From: an uncultured Peptococcaceae bacterium
Lineage (GTDB): Bacteria; Bacillota; Peptococcia; DRI-13
NCBI GenBank assembly: GCA_964637385.1
Contig: CAZWTM010000002.1
Span: 30,150-94,149, forward strand
Reading direction: 5' to 3'
DNA: 64,000 nucleotides
The notes under the pieces were generated by a model that was not told the DNA's origin, did not search any database, and was given only the letters and a program-made list of their open reading frames with translations. Position 1 is the first letter of the stretch. Every line of letters starts with the position of its first letter. Shown one piece after another: positions 1-10,084 of the stretch. A program made the position numbers and the translations under genes.

Positions 1-1
1 C

Positions 2-1891
2 ATGTATAACAGGGAACCCCTGGATTTTTCCGTCTTCCCTTCCTTACTCCTGGTAATGACCTTGTACCGGTTATCCTTAAACGTTTCTTCAACCCGTCTA
101 ATTTTGCTGGAGGGAAATGCCGGGCAGGTGATACAGCAGTTTGGACAATTTGTGGTTGGCGGAAACCCTTTTGTTGGGTTGGTTATCTTTTTAATTTTGA
201 TCGTTATTCAATTTATAGTTATCACCAAAGGTGCTGAACGTGTAGCGGAAGTGGCCGCCCGTTTTACCCTGGATGCCATGCCCGGAAAACAAATGAGCAT
301 CGATGCCGATTTGAATGCCGGTTTGATTTCTGAAGATGAAGCGCGCAAAAGAAGAATAACCATTCAACGGGAAGCCGATTTCTATGGTGCCATGGACGGA
401 GCCAGTAAGTTTGTGAAAGGAGATGCCATTGCCGGTATTGTGATTACCATCATCAATATTTTGGGAGGCATGGCAGTGGGGCTCCTCCAAAAAGAAATGG
501 GCAGTATAAAGGAGGTAGCCCAGGTTTATACTTTGCTGACCGTTGGTGATGGGCTTGTCAGCCAGATACCGGCCTTATTGCTTTCCACTGCCACGGGCAT
601 TATTGTCACCCGGGCTGCTTCGGATAACAGTTTGGGTGATGATCTAACGGCACAAGTTTTTTCCCAGCCCAAAGTACTCTCTATTGCTGCCGGTGTCCTG
701 CTTTTCCTGGGACTCGTTCCCGGTTTGCCCAAATTGCCCTTTTTCTTATTAGGTTTTGGTTTGGCCATCTTAGCCTATCTCATGTATCAGGCTAAACGGA
801 CTATTCTCCGGGAGGAAGCCAAAGAAGCGGAGAAAGCCGAAGTGGCAGAAATAAAGAAACCAGACAGTGTGTATTCCCTTTTGCAGCTGGATCCTATCGA
901 ATTGGAATTGGGATATGGCTTAATCCCCCTGGTGGATACCCAACAAGGAGGAGATCTTTTGGAAAGGGTGGTCATGATCAGGCGGCAGTGTGCTGTAGAA
1001 TTAGGCCTGGTGATCCCGCCTATTCGCATACGTGATAACATGCAGCTTGTGCCTAATACATATTTACTGAAATTAAAGGGTGTACCTTTAGCCCGGGGTG
1101 AAATCATGCTGAATCATTATCTGGCCATGGGAGGAGACGCTGACATACCGGGAATACCCACCCGGGAGCCTGCCTTTGGTTTGCCGGCAAAATGGATCAG
1201 CGAATCAGTGCGGGAGCAGGCTGAACTCCTTGGTTTTACTGTGGTTGATCCTCCTTCAGTGCTTGCCACCCATCTGACAGAATTCCTGAAAAATAACGCT
1301 GCGGAGATCTTGAGCAGGCAAGATGTCAAAGCCTTGCTGGATAATGTGAAAAAAGAATATCCTGCGGTGGTGGAGGAAGTTGTTCCCAACGTCCTTTCTC
1401 TGGCTGATGTACATAAGGTGCTTGCTAACCTGTTAAAGGAACGCATTCCCATTCGAGATATGGTCTCTATCCTGGAAGCACTGGGTGATTGGGGTACTGT
1501 CACTAAAGATACCGATATTTTGACGGAATATGTCCGGCAAAAATTAGCAAGACAGATTGGCCAGCTTTATAGCGATGAAGAAGGTAAATTATATTGTATT
1601 ACCCTGGACCCGCTGGTGGAAGAAGTAGTGAAGGACAGTATAAAGATGAGCGAACATGGGGCCTATCTTGCCATCAATCCTGCCACTGCCCAGGAAATTA
1701 TTCGGCAGTTAACGGGGATTATGGAAAAGACTGGGTATTTAGGCAAACAATTGGTGGTTTTGGCTAATCCGATGATCAGGCCTTATTTTCGCAAACTAAT
1801 CGAACGGGTAGCCCCCAGTCTTCCTGTAGTGTCTTATAATGAAATACCCAGCCACCTGGAGGTAGAATCAGTGGGGATGGTGAAGATGTAA
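2..1891 (+). CDS. flhA: Flagellar type III export gate protein FlhA (N-terminus cut by window edge)
   Basis: 629-aa ORF open to the window edge. It has the FHIPEP-type conserved segment RFTLDAMPGKQMSIDADL, several TM stretches and a large C-terminal cytoplasmic domain. flhF and flhG follow directly. Confidence 0.95.
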   Translation: MYNREPLDFSVFPSLLLVMTLYRLSLNVSSTRLILLEGNAGQVIQQFGQFVVGGNPFVGLVIFLILIVIQFIVITKGAERVAEVAARFTLDAMPGKQMSIDADLNAGLISEDEARKRRITIQREADFYGAMDGASKFVKGDAIAGIVITIINILGGMAVGLLQKEMGSIKEVAQVYTLLTVGDGLVSQIPALLLSTATGIIVTRAASDNSLGDDLTAQVFSQPKVLSIAAGVLLFLGLVPGLPKLPFFLLGFGLAILAYLMYQAKRTILREEAKEAEKAEVAEIKKPDSVYSLLQLDPIELELGYGLIPLVDTQQGGDLLERVVMIRRQCAVELGLVIPPIRIRDNMQLVPNTYLLKLKGVPLARGEIMLNHYLAMGGDADIPGIPTREPAFGLPAKWISESVREQAELLGFTVVDPPSVLATHLTEFLKNNAAEILSRQDVKALLDNVKKEYPAVVEEVVPNVLSLADVHKVLANLLKERIPIRDMVSILEALGDWGTVTKDTDILTEYVRQKLARQIGQLYSDEEGKLYCITLDPLVEEVVKDSIKMSEHGAYLAINPATAQEIIRQLTGIMEKTGYLGKQLVVLANPMIRPYFRKLIERVAPSLPVVSYNEIPSHLEVESVGMVKM

Positions 1892-3052
1892 ATGCGGGTT
1901 AAACGTTTCGTGGCTACAAACATGCAGGAAGCCATGGCTAAAGTAAAAAACGAAATGGGTAATGATGCTGTCATTCTTCATACTCGCCATTTTAAAGAAG
2001 GGGGATTTTTGGGTCTTTTTGCCAAAAGTTATGTGGAAGTGACGGCAGCCCTGGAACAGCCTAAACCCAATATACAGCCGGTATTTCAGGTCGCCAAACC
2101 CTTGGTAACCTGGGAGGAAAACAGGGGTGATTCCGAAACAAACCTAAGCATGCCCCCGGTCAAAACATCCTCGCTCTTCACTTATGAGTTGAAAGAAATG
2201 AAAAATTTGATGCAGGAGATGGTAGAGCAAATTGAGCAAGTTGCTCAAATACCCCAGTTTCCCAGGCTAGGACAGAATTTATACCAACGTTTAATTAAAC
2301 AAGAAGTTGAGGAAAAAATCGCCAAGAAAATTGTAAAAACAACGCTGCAGCAAGTGAACCTGCAGCCAGAGCTTACACCGGAACAGTTGGAGCAAATTTT
2401 CTTAACAAATATTTTAAGATCACTGAAAAAAAGTAAACCCATTGTTTTAGGAAAAAACAGGCAAGATAAACCCTTACTCTGTGCTCTGGTAGGTCCTACC
2501 GGAGTGGGCAAAACCACTACCATCGCTAAACTGGCAGCCATGTATGCCATTATGGAACGTAAAAAGGTGGCTTTGGTTACGGTGGATACTTATCGTATCG
2601 CAGCTGTGGAACAGTTAAAAACAGTTGGAGAAATTATGGGTATACCCGTTAGGGTTGTGTTTACCCCGCAAAATTTAAGAGAATGCATCGGGGAGCTTAA
2701 GGATAAAGACATTATTTTCCTGGATACGGCAGGACGCAGCCATAAAAATATCATGCAGATTACGGAACTAAAAAGTTACCTGGAAATAGCCAATCCTGAC
2801 CATACCTTTCTGGTGCTTTCCAGTACGGCCAAATACCAGGATATGCTGGAGATCATCAATACCTATCTGGACTTAAATATTAATCGCTTAATTTTTACCA
2901 AATTGGACGAAACGTCAAGCTTCGGTCCCATCTATAACATAGCCTGTCGCAACAAGCTGCCCCTTTCCTATTTTACCAACGGACAAAATATTCCGGACGA
3001 TATTGAAATAGCTGACCCCATCAAACTTGCGCAATTACTGGTAAAGGAGTAA
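1892..3052 (+). CDS. flhF: Flagellar biosynthesis SRP-type GTPase FlhF
   Basis: G1 GPTGVGKTTTIAKLA, G3 DTAGR and G4 TKLDE motifs. The ATG immediately follows the flhA stop. Confidence 0.93.
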   Translation: MRVKRFVATNMQEAMAKVKNEMGNDAVILHTRHFKEGGFLGLFAKSYVEVTAALEQPKPNIQPVFQVAKPLVTWEENRGDSETNLSMPPVKTSSLFTYELKEMKNLMQEMVEQIEQVAQIPQFPRLGQNLYQRLIKQEVEEKIAKKIVKTTLQQVNLQPELTPEQLEQIFLTNILRSLKKSKPIVLGKNRQDKPLLCALVGPTGVGKTTTIAKLAAMYAIMERKKVALVTVDTYRIAAVEQLKTVGEIMGIPVRVVFTPQNLRECIGELKDKDIIFLDTAGRSHKNIMQITELKSYLEIANPDHTFLVLSSTAKYQDMLEIINTYLDLNINRLIFTKLDETSSFGPIYNIACRNKLPLSYFTNGQNIPDDIEIADPIKLAQLLVKE

Positions 3053-3058
3053 CTCGTT

Positions 3059-3946
3059 ATGAACAATCAGGCCGAAAATCTGCGTTTATTGGCACAACGG
3101 ATGAAAAGCAACTTACAGGCCCAGATAAATGGTGAGACAAAGATAACCAGAATCATAACTGTTACCAGTGGTAAGGGTGGGGTAGGCAAGTCGAATTTTA
3201 CTTTAAACTTAGCCATTGCCTTATGTGACTTCGGACAAAAAGTAATCGTGTTAGATGCGGATTTAGGTTTGGCCAATATAGATGTGATTTTGGGGATATC
3301 CCCTGCCTATAATCTGGCTCATGTCATGGCAGGGGAACAAACCATCAAGGAAATCATGTGCGAAGGGCCCAAAGGAGTGAAAATTATCCCCGGTGGTTCC
3401 GGCTTGCACGAATTAGCCAATTTAAAGGACTGGCAGCTGGAGCATTTTCTTGCCAAGCTTAGCCAACTTGAAGGAGATGCGGATATTCTTCTTATTGACA
3501 CTGGAGCCGGGCTTGCCCGCAGTGTTTTGAGCTTTGCCCTGGCTGCCGATGAAATTATCGTTATTACCACTCCTGAGCCTACAGCCCTGACCGATGCTTA
3601 TGGGCTCATTAAAACTATTCGCCAGCAGCGTTATCAGGGTAAAGTTAATCTCGTGGTGAACAGGGTTCTTTCTTCTGCCGAGGCCAATGTGGCCTATAAT
3701 AAACTGAAAATAGTTGTAAATCGATTCTTGAAATCTTCTTTAGATTTTCTGGGATACATGAATGAAGATCCCAAAGTAGCTCAGGCTGTCAGAGAACAGC
3801 AGCCTTTTGCTCTTGCTTATCCCCACACACAGGCTACTCAAGACATTTATTTAATGGCAGCAAAAATTTGTAACCAGGAGTATAAACCGCCCCTTTACAA
3901 TGGACTTAAAGTTTTTTTTCACAGGGTTGCGAACTTTTTAAAATAG
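3059..3946 (+). CDS. flhG: MinD/ParA-type ATPase FlhG (YlxH)
   Basis: Deviant Walker A SGKGGVGKS and DTGAG Walker B-like segment. Conserved position after flhF. Confidence 0.9.
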   Translation: MNNQAENLRLLAQRMKSNLQAQINGETKITRIITVTSGKGGVGKSNFTLNLAIALCDFGQKVIVLDADLGLANIDVILGISPAYNLAHVMAGEQTIKEIMCEGPKGVKIIPGGSGLHELANLKDWQLEHFLAKLSQLEGDADILLIDTGAGLARSVLSFALAADEIIVITTPEPTALTDAYGLIKTIRQQRYQGKVNLVVNRVLSSAEANVAYNKLKIVVNRFLKSSLDFLGYMNEDPKVAQAVREQQPFALAYPHTQATQDIYLMAAKICNQEYKPPLYNGLKVFFHRVANFLK

Positions 3947-3956
3947 GTGAACCATT

Positions 3957-4619
3957 ATGGATATTGAAAACATACTAAAAGTAAATCAACGCATACAAAT
4001 TGAGCTAATGGACGAAAACGGCCAAATAGAACGTTATCCTAGTAGGATTGAAAATATTCATGACAATGAAATCATTGTCGTTGCACCCATAAAAGATAGG
4101 GTTACTGTACCTATACCTGTTGATACATCATTGTTGGTAACGGTATGGGACCACTGTTCTGCCTACAATTTTCAAACTAAAGTTATAAAAAGAAGTAATC
4201 TTCGCTTACCGCTTTTACACTTGGCAGTTCCCCCATGCATTAATAGAATTCAACAGCGAGATTTCGTGCGGGTACCTTTAAGCCTGGAAGTTATCGCCAG
4301 CTTCGTTCATCCCCAGTCCGGTTACCAGGAGATAAAATGCGTAACTAAGGATATCAGTGGTGGAGGACTGATGTTAATTTTTACCAAATCGCCCCCTTTT
4401 ACGAAAGAAATTGAAGTAGATATTAGTTTTTCTCTGGAAAATGAGGAAATCAGGGCCCGTGGCAAAGTGGCATGGCTTAATCTGGAAACCGATGTAAGTG
4501 GAATCCAGCGCTATCTTGTTGGTATAAAATTTATAAGTATTTCCGAAAAGGCCAGAGGCCGTATTATCAAATATGTTTTCCAACGCCAAATCGAGCTGAG
4601 AAAAAGGGGGCTGCTCTGA
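3957..4619 (+). CDS. PilZ-domain protein (YcgR/MotI-like candidate flagellar brake, c-di-GMP receptor)
   Basis: C-terminal half carries both PilZ signatures: RxxxR (QQRDFVRV) and DxSxxG (DISGGG). The gene is embedded between flhG and cheB. Confidence 0.8.
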   Translation: MDIENILKVNQRIQIELMDENGQIERYPSRIENIHDNEIIVVAPIKDRVTVPIPVDTSLLVTVWDHCSAYNFQTKVIKRSNLRLPLLHLAVPPCINRIQQRDFVRVPLSLEVIASFVHPQSGYQEIKCVTKDISGGGLMLIFTKSPPFTKEIEVDISFSLENEEIRARGKVAWLNLETDVSGIQRYLVGIKFISISEKARGRIIKYVFQRQIELRKRGLL

Positions 4620-5681
4620 TTGCATAACACAAAAAAAAAGATACGGGTTTTGGTGGCCGATGATTCAGCTTTCATGCGGAAAGTTTTGAGTGATATCATT
4701 AACAGTGATCAAGAACTGGAAGTGGTGGGAACTGCCCGTAACGGTGAGGAAGCATTACAGAAAGCCGTAACCCTGCAACCGGACGTTATCACTCTGGACG
4801 TGGAGATGCCGGTGCTGGATGGGCTTTCTACCCTGGAAAAAATCATGGAACAGTATCCCGTACCGGTGATTATGCTGTCTGCCTTAACCAAGGCAGGGGC
4901 CAGTGCCACCATCAGGGCCCTGGAGAGGGGAGCAGTTGATTTTTTAGCTAAACCGGGAGGGTCCATTTCTTTAGACATAGGGAAATCCCAAGAAGAAATT
5001 ATTAATAAAATTAAAATGGCCGCGGAAATACCGCGGCATAAATACAAAAACTGCCAGCAGGATACCTTAGGTGTAGAGAAAAAAAATTATCTGAAAAGAA
5101 CCTCTACGACTAACGCTTTGACCCTGGTAGCCATCGGTACTTCCACCGGTGGACCCAAAGCCCTGCATGAAGTAATCAGCAGGATACCTGCAGGGTTAAA
5201 TACTGCCTTGTTGATTGTACAGCATATGCCGCCGGGTTTTACCAAATCCCTGGCGCAACGCTTGGATGCCATTTCACCCTTAACCGTCAAAGAAGCGGAA
5301 GAGGGAGATGAGGTAAAATGTGGTTTTGCCTTTATTGCGCCAGGTAATTATCACATGGAAGTACAGCCGAGACAAGATAAATTATTTATCCATTTGCATC
5401 AAGGGCCCAATGTTAATGGCCACAGGCCTTCGGTGGATGTTATGATGCAATCTGTAGCCAGGATTAATGCTCCGAAAATTGGCGTGATTATGACGGGCAT
5501 GGGGCAGGATGGTGCCCAGGGAATGCTGGCTCTAAAAAAAGCGGGTGCCATTAATATAGGAGAAAGTCCTGAAACATGTGTCGTTTATGGTATGCCTAAA
5601 GCAGCCAGGCAGTTAGGTGCTGTGGATTATGAAGTGCCGGTTCAGGAGATCGCCGAGCGAATTCTACAAGCCCTGAGATAA
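4620..5681 (+). CDS. cheB: Chemotaxis response regulator protein-glutamate methylesterase CheB
   Basis: N-terminal receiver domain (VLVADDSAFMR, DVEMP). C-terminal methylesterase domain (GTSTGGP, VQHMP, GMGQDG). TTG start preceded by a G-rich RBS. Confidence 0.93.
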   Translation: MHNTKKKIRVLVADDSAFMRKVLSDIINSDQELEVVGTARNGEEALQKAVTLQPDVITLDVEMPVLDGLSTLEKIMEQYPVPVIMLSALTKAGASATIRALERGAVDFLAKPGGSISLDIGKSQEEIINKIKMAAEIPRHKYKNCQQDTLGVEKKNYLKRTSTTNALTLVAIGTSTGGPKALHEVISRIPAGLNTALLIVQHMPPGFTKSLAQRLDAISPLTVKEAEEGDEVKCGFAFIAPGNYHMEVQPRQDKLFIHLHQGPNVNGHRPSVDVMMQSVARINAPKIGVIMTGMGQDGAQGMLALKKAGAINIGESPETCVVYGMPKAARQLGAVDYEVPVQEIAERILQALR

Positions 5682-5697
5682 AATGGAGGTGTTGCTT

Positions 5698-7695
5698 ATG
5701 GATATGAATCAATATTTAGACTTATTTTTGGAAGAAGCCCTGGAGCATTTACAAAACCTAAACCAAAGCCTGCTTGCTCTGGAGAATAATCCGGAAAGGT
5801 TAGATCTACTGGACGAGATTTTCCGTGCAGCCCACACCCTAAAGGGTATGTCAGCTACCATGGGGTTTGATACCATTGCCCAATTGACACACCAGATGGA
5901 AAACCTTCTGGAGAAATTACGTGAGAGGAAACTGAGTTTAAGTCCGGAAATAATTGATGCTCTTTTTCAATGTGTTGATGCTCTGGAAAATATGGTTGGC
6001 AGTATCAGAGAAGGAAGAGAACCTGAAGCTGCCATTGTGGAATTGGCAGCCAGTCTGGCTCTTTTGGAAAAAGGGGAGAGTGTATCCGTTCCGGCAAGAC
6101 AAAACATGGAAAATCCCGGACCTGCAGCAGATCCCGCTATACAATTCAATGAGTATGAAAAAAACTTAATTAATGCCGCTTTAGAAAAGGGCTATCAAGC
6201 CTATGAACTGAAAATTTACATTGATGAGCAATGTCTGATGAAAGGCGTAAGGGCTTTTATGGTCTTTCGCAACCTGGAAGCCTTGGGTGAGATTATTGCC
6301 TCCCGGCCCAGTGTGCAGGATATTGAGGATGAAAAGTTTGAGAACAACATTTCCCTAGTTCTCATTACACGTCATGAAAAAGAAGAAATAAGCAGACAGC
6401 TAGACAGTATCTCTGAAATAAAATTGACTAACATTGTTTCCCTTGGCAAATATAAACCCAGTTCCCAGCCTTATGAAGAAATTCATGGCGCCAGCAGCAG
6501 TGCTCATAACGCTAAAGAGGAACATAAACCAAATGCCGATAAAAAACAGCGCATACACCAGACGGTAAGGGTGGATATTGGGCGTTTAGATAAACTGATG
6601 AGTCTTGTGGGTGAATTAGTCATTAACAAGACCCGTCTTGAGCAGATCTATCTTACTAATAATACCATGGGGTTGAATGAAACCATTGAACAGATTGACC
6701 GGATAGCCACAGACTTGCAAAATGTAGTACAAAATGTGCGTATGGTTTCTATTGAACAGGTGTTCAACAGATTTCCCCGCATGGTCCGGGATTTGGCCAA
6801 AGAACTGGGAAAAGAAGTGAACCTTATCCTGGAAGGTAAAGAAACGGAATTAGACCGTACTGTGATTGATGAAATTGGTGATCCCCTGGTTCATTTAATT
6901 CGCAATGCCATTGACCATGGCCTGGAAGCGCCTGAAGAAAGGATTAAAGCCAATAAACCCAGGGAAGGTATGTTAAAATTAGCCGCACGCCATGAAGGAA
7001 ACCAGGTTGTAATCGTGGTGGAAGACGATGGTAAAGGCATTAATATCCATGCGGTTAAAGAAAAAGCCCTCAAGAACGGCCTGATTACACCTGCCCAGGC
7101 AGAAAATATGGATGATCAGGCCATTGTCAACCTGATTTTTGAACCGGGTTTTTCCACGGCAAAAACCATTACTGACATCTCAGGCCGCGGTGTGGGTCTG
7201 GATGTGGTTAAAAGTAAGATCCAGGCTTTAAGTGGACAGGTTCACTTAGAAACAAAACAGGGGCAGGGGGCTAAATTTGTGATAAAACTTCCCTTAACCC
7301 TGGCTATTATTCAGGCCTTATTAGTAAAGGTTCAGGATGAGACCTTTGCCATCCCCCTTGGCAATATTGATGAAACTACCAATCTGGAAGCGGATCATAT
7401 CAAAAATATTCAGGGACAACAAGTGATGGTCTTAAGAGGGAAAGTGCTTCCCCTCTTGTTTATCAAAAATCTCCTGGCGGTTCCCGGCAATAAAGAACAG
7501 CAAGAGCTGTATGTGGTTGTCGTTAGAAAAGGTGAGCAGCAGGTAGGTCTGGTGGTTGATGAACTTATTGGACAGCAGGAAATTGTCATCAATTCTCTAG
7601 GTAAGTTGCTTACCGGTTTACCAGGTATAGCAGGAGCCTCCATTCTGGGTGATGGCAAAGTTTCTTTAATTCTTGATATCGGCACTTTATTCTGA
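5698..7695 (+). CDS. cheA: Chemotaxis histidine kinase CheA
   Basis: HPt motif FRAAHTLKGMSATMGF, HATPase motifs (NAIDHG, DDGKGI, GRGVGLDVV) and a C-terminal CheW-like domain. The ORF opens at 5683, but the ATG at 5698 gives the typical MDMNQYL N-terminus. Confidence 0.95.
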   Translation: MDMNQYLDLFLEEALEHLQNLNQSLLALENNPERLDLLDEIFRAAHTLKGMSATMGFDTIAQLTHQMENLLEKLRERKLSLSPEIIDALFQCVDALENMVGSIREGREPEAAIVELAASLALLEKGESVSVPARQNMENPGPAADPAIQFNEYEKNLINAALEKGYQAYELKIYIDEQCLMKGVRAFMVFRNLEALGEIIASRPSVQDIEDEKFENNISLVLITRHEKEEISRQLDSISEIKLTNIVSLGKYKPSSQPYEEIHGASSSAHNAKEEHKPNADKKQRIHQTVRVDIGRLDKLMSLVGELVINKTRLEQIYLTNNTMGLNETIEQIDRIATDLQNVVQNVRMVSIEQVFNRFPRMVRDLAKELGKEVNLILEGKETELDRTVIDEIGDPLVHLIRNAIDHGLEAPEERIKANKPREGMLKLAARHEGNQVVIVVEDDGKGINIHAVKEKALKNGLITPAQAENMDDQAIVNLIFEPGFSTAKTITDISGRGVGLDVVKSKIQALSGQVHLETKQGQGAKFVIKLPLTLAIIQALLVKVQDETFAIPLGNIDETTNLEADHIKNIQGQQVMVLRGKVLPLLFIKNLLAVPGNKEQQELYVVVVRKGEQQVGLVVDELIGQQEIVINSLGKLLTGLPGIAGASILGDGKVSLILDIGTLF

Positions 7696-7708
7696 GGAGG
7701 ATTTTCCC

Positions 7709-8176
7709 ATGGATAATAAGAATCAGGGAAATATAGTCAATGAAATTCAACTGGTGGCCTTTAAATTGGGCAACGAAGAATATGCCGTAGATGTTTTAGC
7801 TGTACAGGAGATCATACGCTGGACCCACATCACACGGGTTCCCAAGGCTCCGCCCTTTGTTAAGGGTGTTATCAATTTACGGGGCACGGTTATACCTGTT
7901 ATTGATTCCCACAAGCGCTTTAATCTTCCCCAGGTAGAAACTACTGATACCGCCCGCATCATTATTTTCCGCCTGGAAGATGTGACTGTTGGTCTTACCG
8001 TAGATCTGGTTACGGAAGTAATCCGCCTTTCGGCAGAGCAAATAGAAAAACCCCAAAGTGTCGGTGGCATCAATGATCAATTTGTTAAAGGAATTGGTAA
8101 AATTTCTGATCGCTTGTTGATTATACTTGATTTAGATAAAGTTTTGGATTTTAGCATAGAGCAGCAAAGAGGATAG
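7709..8176 (+). CDS. cheW: Chemotaxis coupling protein CheW
   Basis: About 155 aa with a CheW-like fold pattern (FKLGNEEYAVDVLAVQEI..., INLRG). GAGGAGGA RBS lies upstream of the ATG at 7709. The ORF-track start at 7673 overlaps cheA. Confidence 0.9.
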   Translation: MDNKNQGNIVNEIQLVAFKLGNEEYAVDVLAVQEIIRWTHITRVPKAPPFVKGVINLRGTVIPVIDSHKRFNLPQVETTDTARIIIFRLEDVTVGLTVDLVTEVIRLSAEQIEKPQSVGGINDQFVKGIGKISDRLLIILDLDKVLDFSIEQQRG

Positions 8177-8186
8177 GAGCGATAAA

Positions 8187-8801
8187 ATGAAAGACTTTAG
8201 TGAGCTAAATGCCATTCAGCTCGATGCCCTTAAGGAAATCAGCAATATTGGAGCCGGCAATGCTGCTACTTCTCTTTCTCTGATGCTGGGAAGAAAAATT
8301 GACATGAGTGTGCCTAAAGCCAATATTGCACCCTTTAATCAGATTATGAATTATCTTGGCGGGGCAGAATCGGAAGTTGCTGGTGGCTACATGAGGGTGG
8401 ACGGGGAATCACCCATGGGGATTCTCTTCCTAATTCCTAAAAATCAGGTAAATTTATTTATTGACCTAATTTTTGGACAACCCCTGGGAACTACTCAAGA
8501 TTTAAATGAGATGCATTTTTCAGCGCTAAAGGAAATCGTGAATATTTTGGCCGGTTCTTACCTTAATGCCCTTTCTTCTTTTACACAGCAAGTTTATTCA
8601 CCTTCAGTGCCTGCCCTGGCCATTGATATGGCTGGAGCCATCCTGGGCGAAGTTCTTCAGCAAATAGGCGAATTTAGCGACTATGCTTTAGTGGTCGAAA
8701 ATGTATTTATAGAACAGGAAAGGCATATTAACGGTCACTTCTTTTTATTGCCCGAGCCCAAAACCCTGGAGTTATTATTGCGTACGCTGGGAGTGTTATA
8801 A
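8187..8801 (+). CDS. cheC: CheY-P phosphatase CheC
   Basis: Two internal CheC-type repeats (LKEISNIGAGNAATSLS and LKEIVNILAGSYLNALS). Conserved position cheW-cheC-cheD. Confidence 0.85.
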   Translation: MKDFSELNAIQLDALKEISNIGAGNAATSLSLMLGRKIDMSVPKANIAPFNQIMNYLGGAESEVAGGYMRVDGESPMGILFLIPKNQVNLFIDLIFGQPLGTTQDLNEMHFSALKEIVNILAGSYLNALSSFTQQVYSPSVPALAIDMAGAILGEVLQQIGEFSDYALVVENVFIEQERHINGHFFLLPEPKTLELLLRTLGVL

Positions 8802-9289
8802 TGACGATAGAACCCATAAAAGTTGGGATGGCCGATTTAAAAGCCGCACCGGCCCCCACGACATTAATTACAACGGGATTGGGGTCATGCGTGGGAGTTT
8901 GCCTGTGGGACCCTACTACTAAGGTGGGAGGGTTGGCCCATATCATGCTGCCGGACAGCACCCAGTCCCGCAATGTACAAAATAAAGCCAAATACGCTGA
9001 TACAGGAGTAATCCTTTTAATAGAAGAGATGGTTAAATTGGGAGCTGTAAAGTCCCGCCTGGTAGCCAAAATTGCCGGTGGTGCCCAGATGTTTAATTTC
9101 CCCGGGGCAAGTCAAGTTATGCGTATCGGTGAACGTAATACAGAAGCAGTAAAAAAGTGTCTCGAAGAGGAGAAAATAAGAATTTTAGCGGAAGATACGG
9201 GGGGCAATTTTGGTAGAACCATTGAATTCTATACTGTCAATGGTCAACTGTTGATTAAAACAATCAGTAAAGGAGAAAAAGTTGTCTAG
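8801..9289 (+). CDS. cheD: Chemoreceptor glutamine deamidase CheD
   Basis: 162 aa with GLGSCVGV (catalytic Cys region) and HIMLP. Its start overlaps the cheC stop by 1 nt. Confidence 0.88.
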   Translation: MTIEPIKVGMADLKAAPAPTTLITTGLGSCVGVCLWDPTTKVGGLAHIMLPDSTQSRNVQNKAKYADTGVILLIEEMVKLGAVKSRLVAKIAGGAQMFNFPGASQVMRIGERNTEAVKKCLEEEKIRILAEDTGGNFGRTIEFYTVNGQLLIKTISKGEKVV

Positions 9290-9304
9290 ACAGGGGAGTC
9301 TAAA

Positions 9305-10069
9305 ATGAAATCAGAACCTCAGGAACTTTGGCAAAATTACGTGAATGAGAATAGCCCTGCACTCAAAGAACAACTTATTTTACATTATGTAACACTGGTA
9401 CAGAAAATCGCCAACAAGGTTTCTTATTACCTGCCATCCCATATTACGAAAGAGGACCTATTCAGTTACGGAATCTTTGGCCTTCTGGAAGCCATAGACC
9501 GTTATAATCCTAAACTGGGTATTCCCTTCCCCGTATTTGCCGGAAAAAGAATAAAGGGTGCCATTATTGACGGGGTAAGGAAGGAAGATTGGATCCCTGT
9601 AAATATTCGTCGCCAGGCCAGACTTTTGGAACAGGCCTATCAAAAATTAGAAATGAAGCTGGCACGTAATGCCAGCGATGAAGAGGTGGCAGCGGAATTA
9701 AACATTACGCTGGAAGAACTGGAACGCTGGTTAAAAAACACTTATTTATATACCGTCATCTCTTTGGATGAACCTGTGACAGAGGAACATGAAATATCCT
9801 TAAAGGAGCATGTTACAGATCATCTTAGTCCTAACCCGGTGCAGGTAGCGGAAAATAATGAGACCAAAATGATTTTGGCCAAAGCCGTAGAAGAACTTCC
9901 CGAAAAAGAAAAACTTGTGATCAGTCTTTTTTACTATCATGATTTAAACAATAAAGAGATTGCCCGTGTCCTGGAACTGTCAGATGCAAGAGTATCACAA
10001 ATACATACGAAAGCTATTTTTCGTCTGCGGGGGAAGCTTTCCAGATTGAAAAAAACATTATTAGGGTAA
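9305..10069 (+). CDS. sigD: Flagellar sigma factor SigD/FliA (sigma-28)
   Basis: Sigma-70 region 2 (YGIFGLLEAIDRYNP), region 3, and a region 4 HTH (NNKEIARVLELSDARVSQIHTKA). Conserved position after cheD. Confidence 0.9.
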   Translation: MKSEPQELWQNYVNENSPALKEQLILHYVTLVQKIANKVSYYLPSHITKEDLFSYGIFGLLEAIDRYNPKLGIPFPVFAGKRIKGAIIDGVRKEDWIPVNIRRQARLLEQAYQKLEMKLARNASDEEVAAELNITLEELERWLKNTYLYTVISLDEPVTEEHEISLKEHVTDHLSPNPVQVAENNETKMILAKAVEELPEKEKLVISLFYYHDLNNKEIARVLELSDARVSQIHTKAIFRLRGKLSRLKKTLLG

Positions 10070-10084
10070 GGGAGGGCACAGCTT

